DNA from: an uncultured Spirochaetota bacterium
GTDB taxonomy: Bacteria > Spirochaetota > Spirochaetia > SZUA-6 > Fen-1364
Assembly: GCA_963745235.1 (NCBI GenBank)
Contig: CAVUXE010000035.1
Location: 64,001-128,000 of the forward strand
Reading direction: 5' to 3'
DNA: 64,000 nucleotides
Shown: positions 50,586 through 59,516 of the stretch, piece after piece
Layout of the letters: each line of letters starts with the position of its first letter
Position numbering within the stretch: the first letter of the stretch is position 1
Position numbers and translations under genes: made by a program
The notes under the pieces: generated by a model
The model's database searches: none
What the model was told of the DNA's origin: nothing
Seen by the model: only the letters and a program-made list of their open reading frames with translations

Positions 50586-52355
50586 GTGCCAGCTGATCCT
50601 CAGTCGATAGTCCAGGAAATCGTACGCCGCGCGGGAACCGACCGCGACAGGCTCCTCGACATAGCCCGAGAGGTCCAGGCCCGACTGGGGTGGGTCTCCG
50701 GGGAATCAATCAAGACAATCGCCGAAGCACTCGGTGTGAAGCCTGTTCAAGTGCGCGACGCACTCAGCTTCTACTCCTTTCTTTCGCTCTCGCCAACCGG
50801 GCGCTCGACTGTCCGCCTCAGCACCTGCGTTGCGGGGAAGATGAAAGGCTCGGAGGCTGTCGAAGAGGCGATTGCCCGCGAGGCAGGAATCCCCTTCGGC
50901 CAAACGAGCGGCGATGGCGCGATCACCCTTGCCCGCACGTCCTGCACGGGGATGTGCGATCAATCACCTTCGGCCCTGGTGGAAGGGCACGTGTTGACCA
51001 ATCTTACGCCCCAGGACGCGAGAAGGATTGTCGATGGGCTTCTGAACAAATCGCCCTTCTCTCACACGCGCGTGGAAAGCAACATTCGCCAGGCAGGGCC
51101 CGTTATTTTCGCGCCGTTGGAGCGTGGGACAGCGATTCGCGCCGCCCTCAGTCGCAGCCCGCAGGAGGTGATCGAGGAGATCGCAAAGTCGAGACTGCGT
51201 GGGAGGGGAGGTGCTGGCTTCCCCACGGGCATGAAATGGGATTTCTGCCGCAAGGCGCAGGGAGCGGAGCGCTACCTGATCTGCAACTGCGACGAAGGGG
51301 AGATGGGCACCTTCAAGGATCGCGTGATCATCACGGAGGCTGCTGACCTGCTTTTCGAAGGCATGACGATCGGCGGGTATGCTCTGGGGGCGAAACTGGG
51401 CATTCTCTATCTGCGCGGCGAATACGAATATCTCCACGATCATCTTGAACGGATTCTTGAGCGGAGGCGAAGGCTGGGGCTTCTGGGCGTCTCTGTATGC
51501 GGCCGAGAGGGATTTGAGTTCGACATTCGTATCCAGATAGGGGCCGGGGCGTATATCTGTGGAGAAGAGTCGGCTCTTCTGGAGTCGCTGGAAGGAAAGA
51601 GGGGCGCACCTCGGGACAGGCCGCCGTATCCCGTGCAGCGCGGCTATCGAAATCAGCCGACGGCGGTGAACAATGTCGAAACGCTCTGCTGCGTCGCCCG
51701 AATCCTGGAGAAAGGTGCGGATTGGTTTGCACGGATGGGCACTCGGGACTCGACGGGCACGAAGCTGTTGAGCGTCTCCGGAGACTGCGAGCGGCCCGGA
51801 GTGTACGAGCTGGAGTTCGGGATTGTAATCGACAGGCTCCTCGATATGATCGGTGCAAAGGACGTGCAGGCAGTCCAAGTAGGGGGGCCCTCGGGGCAGT
51901 GTCTCGCCGTGAAAGACCTCGGAAAACGGATCTGCTTCGAAGATGCACCCACCGGCGGAGCGATCATGGTGTTCAACACGTCCCGCGACATTCTGAGCAT
52001 TGTGCGAGACTTCACGGCTTTTTTCGTCGACGATTCGTGCGGCTGGTGTGCGCCTTGCCGCGTTGGAACAACGCTGCTTTTGAAAAAGATGGACAAGGTC
52101 CTCTCGGGCAGAGCGGTCCGCCGGGATCTCATTGAGATGGAGAGCCTTGGCAATACCGTGAAGACAATGAGCCGCTGCGGCCTCGGACAGACCAGCGCTA
52201 ATCCTGTTCTCACGAGCCTGAAGAACTTCCCCCGTCTCTATGAGCAAAAGATACAACCGGGGGACTTCTCTCCAGAGATCGACCTGGGGCACGCAATCCA
52301 GCCTGCATGTGAAATCACCGGCCGGACTCCTCCCAGAGAAGAGGGTGAGAAATGA
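50586..52355 (+). CDS. hoxF: NAD-reducing hydrogenase diaphorase subunit HoxF (NuoE-like + NuoF)
   Basis: LRGRGGAGFPTG, DEGE.GTFKDR, GAGAYICGEE, SCGWCAPCRVG...SRCGLG. Confidence 0.92.
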   Translation: MPADPQSIVQEIVRRAGTDRDRLLDIAREVQARLGWVSGESIKTIAEALGVKPVQVRDALSFYSFLSLSPTGRSTVRLSTCVAGKMKGSEAVEEAIAREAGIPFGQTSGDGAITLARTSCTGMCDQSPSALVEGHVLTNLTPQDARRIVDGLLNKSPFSHTRVESNIRQAGPVIFAPLERGTAIRAALSRSPQEVIEEIAKSRLRGRGGAGFPTGMKWDFCRKAQGAERYLICNCDEGEMGTFKDRVIITEAADLLFEGMTIGGYALGAKLGILYLRGEYEYLHDHLERILERRRRLGLLGVSVCGREGFEFDIRIQIGAGAYICGEESALLESLEGKRGAPRDRPPYPVQRGYRNQPTAVNNVETLCCVARILEKGADWFARMGTRDSTGTKLLSVSGDCERPGVYELEFGIVIDRLLDMIGAKDVQAVQVGGPSGQCLAVKDLGKRICFEDAPTGGAIMVFNTSRDILSIVRDFTAFFVDDSCGWCAPCRVGTTLLLKKMDKVLSGRAVRRDLIEMESLGNTVKTMSRCGLGQTSANPVLTSLKNFPRLYEQKIQPGDFSPEIDLGHAIQPACEITGRTPPREEGEK

Positions 52356-53071
52356 GCGAGCAGAAGCTGCATGTCATTATCGACGGCGTCGAGATCCCGG
52401 CTGATGAGGGGCAAACCATCCTGGAGGCCGCGCAAGAGGCAGGCATCTATATTCCGCGGCTCTGCTATCACCCCGAGCTGGTGCCCGGCGGGCACTGCCG
52501 CCTGTGCACGGTGAAGGCGAACGGGAAGCCAATCAACGCCTGCACGATGACCGTAACGGACGGCATGGTGATCGAAAACGATACGGCCGAGATGAACGCG
52601 GAGAGGCGGCATATCCTGGAAATGCTTTTCGTGGAGGGCAATCATTTCTGCCCCTTCTGTGAGGTCAGCGGGAATTGCGAGCTGCAAGCGCTCGCCTACC
52701 GTCTGGGCATGACAGCACCCGTCTATCCCTACTTTTTTCCGAAACGACAGGTCGATGGCTCACATCCCGATGTGTTCATCGACAGGAACCGATGCATTCT
52801 CTGCGGCAGATGCGTACGGGCGTCCCGGGATCGGGACGGGAAGAGCGTGTTCGGGTTCGTAGGCCGGGGGATCGGGACTCTCATAGCGGTAGATTCAGAT
52901 GCAGGACTTTCAGAGACGCAAATGAGTGCCGCTGATAGATCCGCGCAGTTGTGTCCGACCGGTAGCATCGTCATCAAACGGCTGGGATACCGGGTCCCGT
53001 ACGGAAGGCGCCGTTACGATCTGCGACCGATCGGAGCGGACATCGAGAAAAGGAGGGAAGGCGATGGGTAA
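52352..53071 (+). CDS. hoxU: hydrogenase diaphorase Fe-S subunit HoxU
   Basis: IPRLC, CRLC, EGNHFCPFCEVSGNCELQ, RCILCGRCVRAS, CPTG. Confidence 0.92.
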   Translation: MSEQKLHVIIDGVEIPADEGQTILEAAQEAGIYIPRLCYHPELVPGGHCRLCTVKANGKPINACTMTVTDGMVIENDTAEMNAERRHILEMLFVEGNHFCPFCEVSGNCELQALAYRLGMTAPVYPYFFPKRQVDGSHPDVFIDRNRCILCGRCVRASRDRDGKSVFGFVGRGIGTLIAVDSDAGLSETQMSAADRSAQLCPTGSIVIKRLGYRVPYGRRRYDLRPIGADIEKRREGDG

Positions 53072-53604
53072 GCCGCGGATCGCGACGGCCCACCTGACGG
53101 GCTGTTTCGGCTGTCATATGTCGATTCTCGACCTTGACGAAAGACTGCTCGACCTGTTCCAGATCGTCGATTTCGACAAGTCGCCTTTCGACGATATCAA
53201 GGAGTTCAGCGCACCGTGCGACGTGGGGCTTATCGAAGGAGGGTGCTCCAACGACGAGAACGTGCATGTGCTGCGCTTGTTCCGGAGGAACTGCCGCATC
53301 CTCGTGTCGGTCGGCGAGTGCGCCCTCACCGGCGGGGTGCCGGCGCTTCGCAACATGGTCCCTCTTTCAGAATGCATGGAGGAGGCTTTCCTGAAGGGAC
53401 CTTCCGTTGTCGATGGGGTGTTGCCGGACGATCCGGACATTCCCCTTATTCTCGACCGGGTATACCCCAGCCACGAGGTTGTGAAAATCGACCATTTCCT
53501 TCCCCGGCTGTCCACCCTCGGCGGACGCGATATGGGAGTGTCTCACTGCGCTCCTGGCTGGCAAAGAGATCAACCTTGGCTACCGGTTGATCAAGTACGA
53601 CTGA
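53064..53604 (+). CDS. hoxY: [NiFe]-hydrogenase small subunit HoxY (extra C near 53503)
   Basis: GCFGCHMS, EGGC, GECA; PGCPP restored by removing one base. Confidence 0.9.
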
Positions 53605-53629
53605 GGGCGGAAGGAGAGGAGCGCGAGCG

Positions 53630-55063
53630 ATGCCGCAGAAGATCGTCATCAACCCGGTCACGCGGGTGGAAGGGCACGGCAAGGTCACAATCGTACTGGA
53701 CGATGCAGGCCATGTGACCCAGGCGCGATTCCATATCATCGAGTTTCGCGGCTTCGAGCGATTCGTCCAGGGGCGTCTGTATTGGGAGGCCCCGGTGATT
53801 GTGCAGAGACTTTGCGGCATTTGTCCGGTCAGCCACCTTCTGGCTGCCGCAAAGGCAATGGACGTGGTAATCGGTGCTGACCGGCTCACTCCCACGGCGG
53901 AGAAGATGCGCCGTCTCATGCACTACGGACAGGTCTTTCAGTCTCACGCTCTGCACTTTTTTTATCTCGCTTCACCCGACCTCCTTCTCGGATTCGAAAG
54001 CCCTCCAGCCACCCGCAACGTCATCGGGCTGGCCCTCACCAATCCAGAGCTCGCGCGTAGAGCGATTCTGATGAGGAAGTTCGGGCAGGAAGTCATCCAG
54101 GCGACTGCGGGGAAGAGGATTCACGGCACGGGAGCAATCCCGGGCGGCATCAACAAGAATCTTTCCGTCGCGGAACGCGATGAGCTGCGGCCTCAGATCG
54201 AGACAATGATCGCCTGGGCAGGCGAGGCCCTGGAGCTGTTCAAGAAGCTGTTTCGAGAGAACATGAAGTACTTCCTCGATTTTGCGAGCTTCGAGAGCAA
54301 CTTCGTGAGCCTCGTGCGCTCCGACGGCGCTCTGGACCTGTATGACGGACTTCTTCGAGCGAAAGATCAAGACGGCAGAATCATCTTCGACAAGGTCCAG
54401 CCGCGCGACTACCTCAGCGTGATCCGCGAGGAAGTCCGTCCTTGGAGCTACATGAAGTTTCCGTTTATCCATCCCCTCGGGAAAGAGAAGGGTTGGTACC
54501 GCGTGGGGCCGCTGGCGCGGCTGAACAATTGCGATTTCATCGACACGCCGCTTGCTGAAGAGGAGCGAAAAGAGTTCCTGAAGCTTGGAGAGGGCAGGCC
54601 GGTGCATGCGACTCTCGCCTACCACTGGGCGCGGCTCATCGAGACCCTCCATGCCGCGGAGAAAATGAAGGAGTTGCTCTCCGACCCCGATCTCCAGGGC
54701 GTAGACCTTGTGGTGAGCGGGACCCGTCGCGGCGAAGGTGCGGCATGCATCGAGGCGCCTCGAGGGACCCTCTTTCATCACTACCGTGTCCGCAGTGACG
54801 ACACGATTGAGATGGCGAATCTCATCGTATCAACGACGAGCAATAACGAGCCAATGAACAGGGCGGTTCAGAGGGTAGCCCAGGAGGAGCTTTCCGGCCG
54901 ACAGATCACGGAGGGCCTGCTCAACAAGGTGGAAGTCGCCATCCGGGCCTTCGATCCCTGTTTGAGTTGCGCGACGCACGCGCTGGGCAGGATGGCCCTC
55001 GAAGGGTCACTCGTCGATTCGCGCGGTCGGGTCGTGGACAGAAAGGTCCGCGGACAAACGTGA
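53630..55063 (+). CDS. hoxH: [NiFe]-hydrogenase large subunit HoxH (group 3d)
   Basis: TRVEGHG, RLCGICPVSH, EAPRGTL, FDPCLSCATH plus cleavable tail. Confidence 0.94.
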   Translation: MPQKIVINPVTRVEGHGKVTIVLDDAGHVTQARFHIIEFRGFERFVQGRLYWEAPVIVQRLCGICPVSHLLAAAKAMDVVIGADRLTPTAEKMRRLMHYGQVFQSHALHFFYLASPDLLLGFESPPATRNVIGLALTNPELARRAILMRKFGQEVIQATAGKRIHGTGAIPGGINKNLSVAERDELRPQIETMIAWAGEALELFKKLFRENMKYFLDFASFESNFVSLVRSDGALDLYDGLLRAKDQDGRIIFDKVQPRDYLSVIREEVRPWSYMKFPFIHPLGKEKGWYRVGPLARLNNCDFIDTPLAEEERKEFLKLGEGRPVHATLAYHWARLIETLHAAEKMKELLSDPDLQGVDLVVSGTRRGEGAACIEAPRGTLFHHYRVRSDDTIEMANLIVSTTSNNEPMNRAVQRVAQEELSGRQITEGLLNKVEVAIRAFDPCLSCATHALGRMALEGSLVDSRGRVVDRKVRGQT

Positions 55064-55548
55064 ACAACCGCCAAGGGAAAGGAGCCTCGGTTCTTCTTTT
55101 GGGGTATGGGAACCCTGGCAGGCGGGACGACGGTTTGGGGCCGTGGATTGCCCAGGAGATGCAGCGACGACACGGCGAGCGTATGACGGTCCAGACGGAC
55201 TTTCAGCTCGGAATCGAATGCTGTGTCGATATGGCGCGCCACAAGGTTGTTCTTTTTCTGGATGCGGCCCGCGTCGGACCTGAGCCGTTCAAAGTCAGGC
55301 AGTTGGGCGCAGCAGCATCAGGCTCGCTGCCGATGATCGACGTCGGGTTTACGACGCACCTCTCGAGCCCGGAGGTCCTGCTGGCTCTTTGCGAATCGAG
55401 CCTCGCGGCGCGACCGTTGGCATGGCTGGTCGGTGTCCGTGGATATGATTTTGGCGGCGGTGAGGGACTGAGCAGGAAAGCGCAGCGGAATGCTCGCGCT
55501 GTCATTGAGCTCCTTGACGTGCTGCTCGCAAGAGGAGGTGAGGCTTTT
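55060..55548 (+). CDS. hoxW: hydrogenase maturation protease (in frame with the downstream REC domain)
   Basis: GYGNPGRRDDGLG, FLDAA, TTHL, GEGLS. Confidence 0.85.
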
Positions 55549-55938
55549 ATGGCGGAAACAAAAGAAGTGATAAAGACAATCCTCGTCATCGACGATGACC
55601 CCGATGTGCGCGCGACCTTGCGCATCATCCTCGAATCGGCGGGATTTACGGTGGGGGAGGCGGCGGACGGGAATGCGGGGATGAAAATAGCCGAGAAAAT
55701 AAGGCCGGATGCGATCATCCTGGACTTGATGATGGAGACGGTGGACGCTGGCAGCAAGGTTTCCACCCAACTGAAAAGCTCTGGTTTCACCTGCCCGATC
55801 TATCTCCTGAGCGCGGCCGGGGATTCAGTGCGGTACAACATCGACACCCAGCAGCTGGGACTTGCGGGCATTTTTCAAAAACCAGCGGATCCCAAGACGC
55901 TCATCGCGACCCTCAAGACGAGCCTGAAGCTTCCCTGA
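55549..55938 (+). CDS. single receiver (REC) domain
   Basis: ILVIDDD, IILDLMM, LSA, QKP; own AGGAGGT RBS. Confidence 0.85.
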   Translation: MAETKEVIKTILVIDDDPDVRATLRIILESAGFTVGEAADGNAGMKIAEKIRPDAIILDLMMETVDAGSKVSTQLKSSGFTCPIYLLSAAGDSVRYNIDTQQLGLAGIFQKPADPKTLIATLKTSLKLP

Positions 55939-56058
55939 TGCTCGATGCACGGTGCTCACTTTCCCAGTATCCGTTGTCCAGCATCTACTCGTGGGATCAC
56001 GGAAAAGATCCGCGTCAGCGCCACCTCGAAAGTGAGAACAGCAAAGCTGAGGCACCGG

Positions 56059-56435
56059 TCATTCGACGATCAGCTTTCCCCGCAGCATTCCCATCTGGCA
56101 GTGGAACTCGTATTCGCCGGGCTTGTCCGGCACAAACTCGACGGGAACAACTACTCCTTCGGGCAACGTGGCCGATTTACCGAAATCCTCCATGATTACC
56201 ATCTCTGAGCAGGATGCCGTCTCATCCCGTCGGAAGCTCAACAGCACGGGCTTTCCATGCTCGACGACGATGACGTCAGGCGTGTAGCCGCCTTTCACCA
56301 CGACCATGGCTTCCTGATAGCCAGAAGAGGCCACGCCCGCCTTGGCGCCTTTGCTCCGCTTCAACCAGAAAAACCACGCGATCAGCACGGAAAATCCAAG
56401 TCCGCCAGGGTCACAATAATCCTCGCGATGTTCAT
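56059..56435 (-). CDS. membrane-anchored cupredoxin, CupA-like (indel near 56400)
   Basis: [10 protein letters not shown]...WFFW anchor, [18 protein letters not shown]; ATGA overlap with the ATPase stop. Confidence 0.82.
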
Positions 56436-57876
56436 ACACGGGCTCCTTCCAAGCGCCGGTCCGGTTTCCACAGCTTCAGGCGATTTGCGTTGCTGATGAC
56501 TGTGACCGAGCTGAACGACATAGCGGCCGCGGCGATGAGCGGTGACAGAAGGATCCCGAAGAACGGGTACAGGAGGCCCATTGCAATCGGGATTCCAAGC
56601 GTATTGTAAAGGAAAGCTCCCGCGAGGTTCTGAAATACGTTGCGCATTGTGGCACGGCTTATCTGGATGGCGGTGACCACCCCGAGGAGGCTGCCCTTGA
56701 TCAGCGTGATGTCGCTTGCCTCGATGGCCACATCCGTGCCAGAGCCTATGGCGAATCCGACATCCGCCTGGGCAAGCGCGGGGGCGTCGTTTATTCCGTC
56801 ACCAACCATCCCCACTTTCTTGCCTTCCTGCTGCAGCTTCTGGAGGTTCCGCGCTTTGTCCTGGGGAAGGACTTCCGAGAGAACCCGATCGATGCCAACC
56901 TGCTTTGCCACGGCCCGGGCCGTGCGTTCGTTGTCCCCGGTGATCATCACTACCTCGATGCCCATGCGACGAAGGGCCCGAATGGCCCGGGCAGAATCTT
57001 CCTTGACAGTGTCCGCAACCGCAATCAGGCCGGCCGCTTTTCCGTCCAGGGCGGTGTAAAGGGGCGTCTTGCCATCATCCGCCAGGCGCTGAGCCTCTTC
57101 TTCAAGAGATCCGACGGATATCTCCCTTTCCTTCATGAGCCGCAGGTTTCCAAGCAAGAGCCGACGTCCGTCTACAACCGCCTCGACGCCGTGGCCGGGG
57201 ATTGCCTTGAAGTCCGAAACCTGGACAGGGGCAAACCCCTTTTTGTCCGCCGCTTCCACGATGGCGGCGGCCAGGGGATGCTCCGAGCCTCTCTCAACGG
57301 CTGCAGTAAGTCGCAGCAATTCGTCTTGCCCAGGCATGACTGCTCGAATATCAGTGAGAGCGGGCTTCCCATGAGTGATCGTGCCAGTTTTGTCCAGTAC
57401 GACGGCGTTCAGCTCTTTTGCGGTTTGCAGGGACTCACCACCGCGAATGAGGATGCCGTTCACGGCGCCCAGGCCAATTCCGGTTGTCAAGGACATCGGG
57501 GTCGCCATGCCCAGGGCGCAGGGGCAGGCGATGATCAACGTGGTGACCGCGACGATCAACGCATAGATGAAAGCAGGCTGCGGACCGAAATCGAACCAAA
57601 TGACAAACCCAATAATGGAAAGGATCATCACCGCGGGGGTGAAAAAGCTTGCCACGACGTCCACGATGCGTTGCACGGGGACCTTTGTCGCCTGCGCGTC
57701 CTTGACCATGCGGATGATGCTGGAAAGCACGGTGTCCTTTCCGACCTTCGTTGCGCGGAACTGGAATGAGCCGGTCTTGTTGATCGTTGCACCGATCACC
57801 TCATCGCCCTGCCCCTTTTCCACGGGAATGCTCTCACCGGTGATCATTGACTCATCCACGGCCGAGCTGCCACTTG
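56432..57876 (-). pseudogene. copA: 5'-truncated Cu(I) P1B-type ATPase
   Basis: Starts abruptly at [13 protein letters not shown]; [30 protein letters not shown] present; first TMs and metal-binding domain absent. Confidence 0.85.
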
Positions 57877-58067
57877 ACAGGCAGCGACGCGTCGAAATGT
57901 TCTTTTGCCATTCGATGGGCGCCCTGTAAGATGAGCCCGCAACGCCACTGCTACTCTGTTGATCGTGGCGCCGCCTAACAGGGGATGAGGTGATTCTTTG
58001 TGGGACGCAGGTGCCGCTGGCACTGATCTGCGCTGAGCCGATGTCCCCGGCGTCGCTTCTCGCGCTC

Positions 58068-58265
58068 TCACTCACTGTTGGGAGCGAAGAAACTTTCGGC
58101 GAACGCCTCGAAAGTGACGCGCTCTTTCGTCACGACCTGGCAGTGGTCGAGATAGCTTTGCGCCCAGGCAGTCGCCTGTTTCGGCGCAACATCGTGCGCA
58201 CGCTTGCCTCCCCCAACAAGGATGTGTGTGCAGTGAGAAGTCGGTGCCTTCCAATGAGAAAACAA
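58068..58265 (-). pseudogene. probable N-terminal remnant of a tyrosine integrase
   Basis: [32 protein letters not shown] resembles the arm-/core-binding junction of spirochete integrases (from memory); sits next to the tRNA att site. Confidence 0.45.
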
Positions 58266-58322
58266 GGCTCATCGATTGAACTATCGATAGATATGTAATT
58301 ACTTTCAATATAAGAACATACT

Positions 58323-58408
58323 TGCCGGAGACGGGGGTCGAACCCGTATGATCCTTGCGGATCAGGGGATTTTAAGTCCCCTGTGTCTGCCAGTTCCACC
58401 ACTCCGGC
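58323..58408 (-). tRNA. tRNA-Leu(TAA)
   Basis: GCCGGAG acceptor, GGGGA-CTTAAAA-TCCCC anticodon arm, long variable arm TGATCC-GCAA-GGATCA, ACGGG-TTCGACC-CCCGT; CCA not encoded. Confidence 0.97.
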
Positions 58409-58411
58409 ACA

Positions 58412-58484
58412 GGATTTGCCGGCTCGGCCGAGCGGAAGGCCGAGCAGGCCTGCCGCGGCATTGGATGTGCCGGCTCGGCCGAGC
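58412..58484. repeat. 22-bp direct repeat with palindromic core in the tRNA leader
   Basis: GGAT(T/G)TGCCGGCTCGGCCGAGC at 58412-58433 and 58463-58484; GCTCGGCCGAGC is self-complementary. Confidence 0.8.
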
Positions 58485-58595
58485 ACACGGGCTCCCGCTG
58501 TCCGCTCCGCGGACAGCTGCCGCCCCAGTGATGTGCGAAAGAAGCTCCAGGCGCAGCAAGACGTGGCCCGCCCTCGCGCCTCTCCTTTGCCAAAA

Positions 58596-58625
58596 ACCTT
58601 ACCGTTTCGCCGTCGGTCGAGTCAA
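58596..58625 (-). promoter_or_regulatory. putative sigma70 promoter for tRNA-Leu
   Basis: Minus strand TTGACT-18nt-TAAGGT. Confidence 0.5.
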
Positions 58626-58666
58626 GACAATAGGGCCCGAAGCCGAACATAGATTGAGGATTTTCC

Positions 58667-59506
58667 ATGCCGCGAAAAGCGATGCGTTCGCTCACGATGA
58701 TAGCTTTCCTTCTCTCAACGCTCAGCTTGATGGCAGGAGAAACGTCCTACACGATCAAGGAGGGCGAAACGCTCTTTTCTGTTGCCAGGCGGGCGCAGAT
58801 TCCGGTGGACGTGCTGAGCGCTTTCAACGGCATTGACAACGCCGCGCGGCTGAAGGCCGGGAGCGTCATCCGGTTCCCGTCCACGTACATCGTGAAGAAA
58901 GGAGACACCCTCTTCGCAATTTCCCGTTCTCTCGGCGTTCCGCTTGCAAAGCTGCTCGATATGAACGGGATCACAGAGCGCGGCAGGATCAAGAGCGGCC
59001 AGAAGCTCTACATTCCGACGGAACGAGGAGGCGCTGCTTCGCAGCCCGTGGATTCGATTGCGGCACGGACACCACAGCAGGAAACGACCACGCGGAGCTC
59101 CGTCCCGCGGGAGGCACCGGCGCAGGATGCAGGGTCTGAGCCTGTCGTGTGGCCGCACTCCGGTCGCCACGAGCCGTTGAAGGGGAAGATTTCCGGCCTG
59201 GTTTTCTTTGGATCTGAGGGAGATGCCGTTCATTCCGCGACCGGAGGCGAGGTGAAGTGGGTTGGTCCGTACTGGGGCTGGGGAAAGACCGTCATCATCA
59301 AGTCCGCGGATGGGGACATCATTCTTTATGCCGGCAACGAGCAGCTTCTGGTGAACGTGGGAGATCGTGTGAACCCCGGCACGGAGATCGCACGACTCGG
59401 GGTGAGTCCCCAGGGAGGGGGCGCGAAGCTCTACTTCAGCATTCAGGGAGCAAACGGGCAGTTTGTGGATCCGGAGAAGTTTTTCTCCGACAAGAGTCAC
59501 GCATAA
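58667..59506 (+). CDS. LysM x2 + degenerate M23 protein (NlpD-like)
   Basis: Signal peptide, YTIKEGETL, YIVKKGDTL; the M23 fold lacks HxxxD and HxH. Confidence 0.85.
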   Translation: MPRKAMRSLTMIAFLLSTLSLMAGETSYTIKEGETLFSVARRAQIPVDVLSAFNGIDNAARLKAGSVIRFPSTYIVKKGDTLFAISRSLGVPLAKLLDMNGITERGRIKSGQKLYIPTERGGAASQPVDSIAARTPQQETTTRSSVPREAPAQDAGSEPVVWPHSGRHEPLKGKISGLVFFGSEGDAVHSATGGEVKWVGPYWGWGKTVIIKSADGDIILYAGNEQLLVNVGDRVNPGTEIARLGVSPQGGGAKLYFSIQGANGQFVDPEKFFSDKSHA

Positions 59507-59516
59507 GAGGGTGTAT

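Larger units (their letters stand above)
46061..58346. mobile_element. tRNA-Leu-integrated genomic island (about 12.3 kb), probably immobilised
   Basis: 27-bp direct repeats, visibly more A/T-rich than the flanks, gene remnants, integrase-like stub next to the tRNA. Confidence 0.85.

Noticed and set aside
53630-55063. [NiFeSe] hydrogenase or TGA recoding
   Set aside because: All four Ni ligands are Cys codons; no in-frame TGA.
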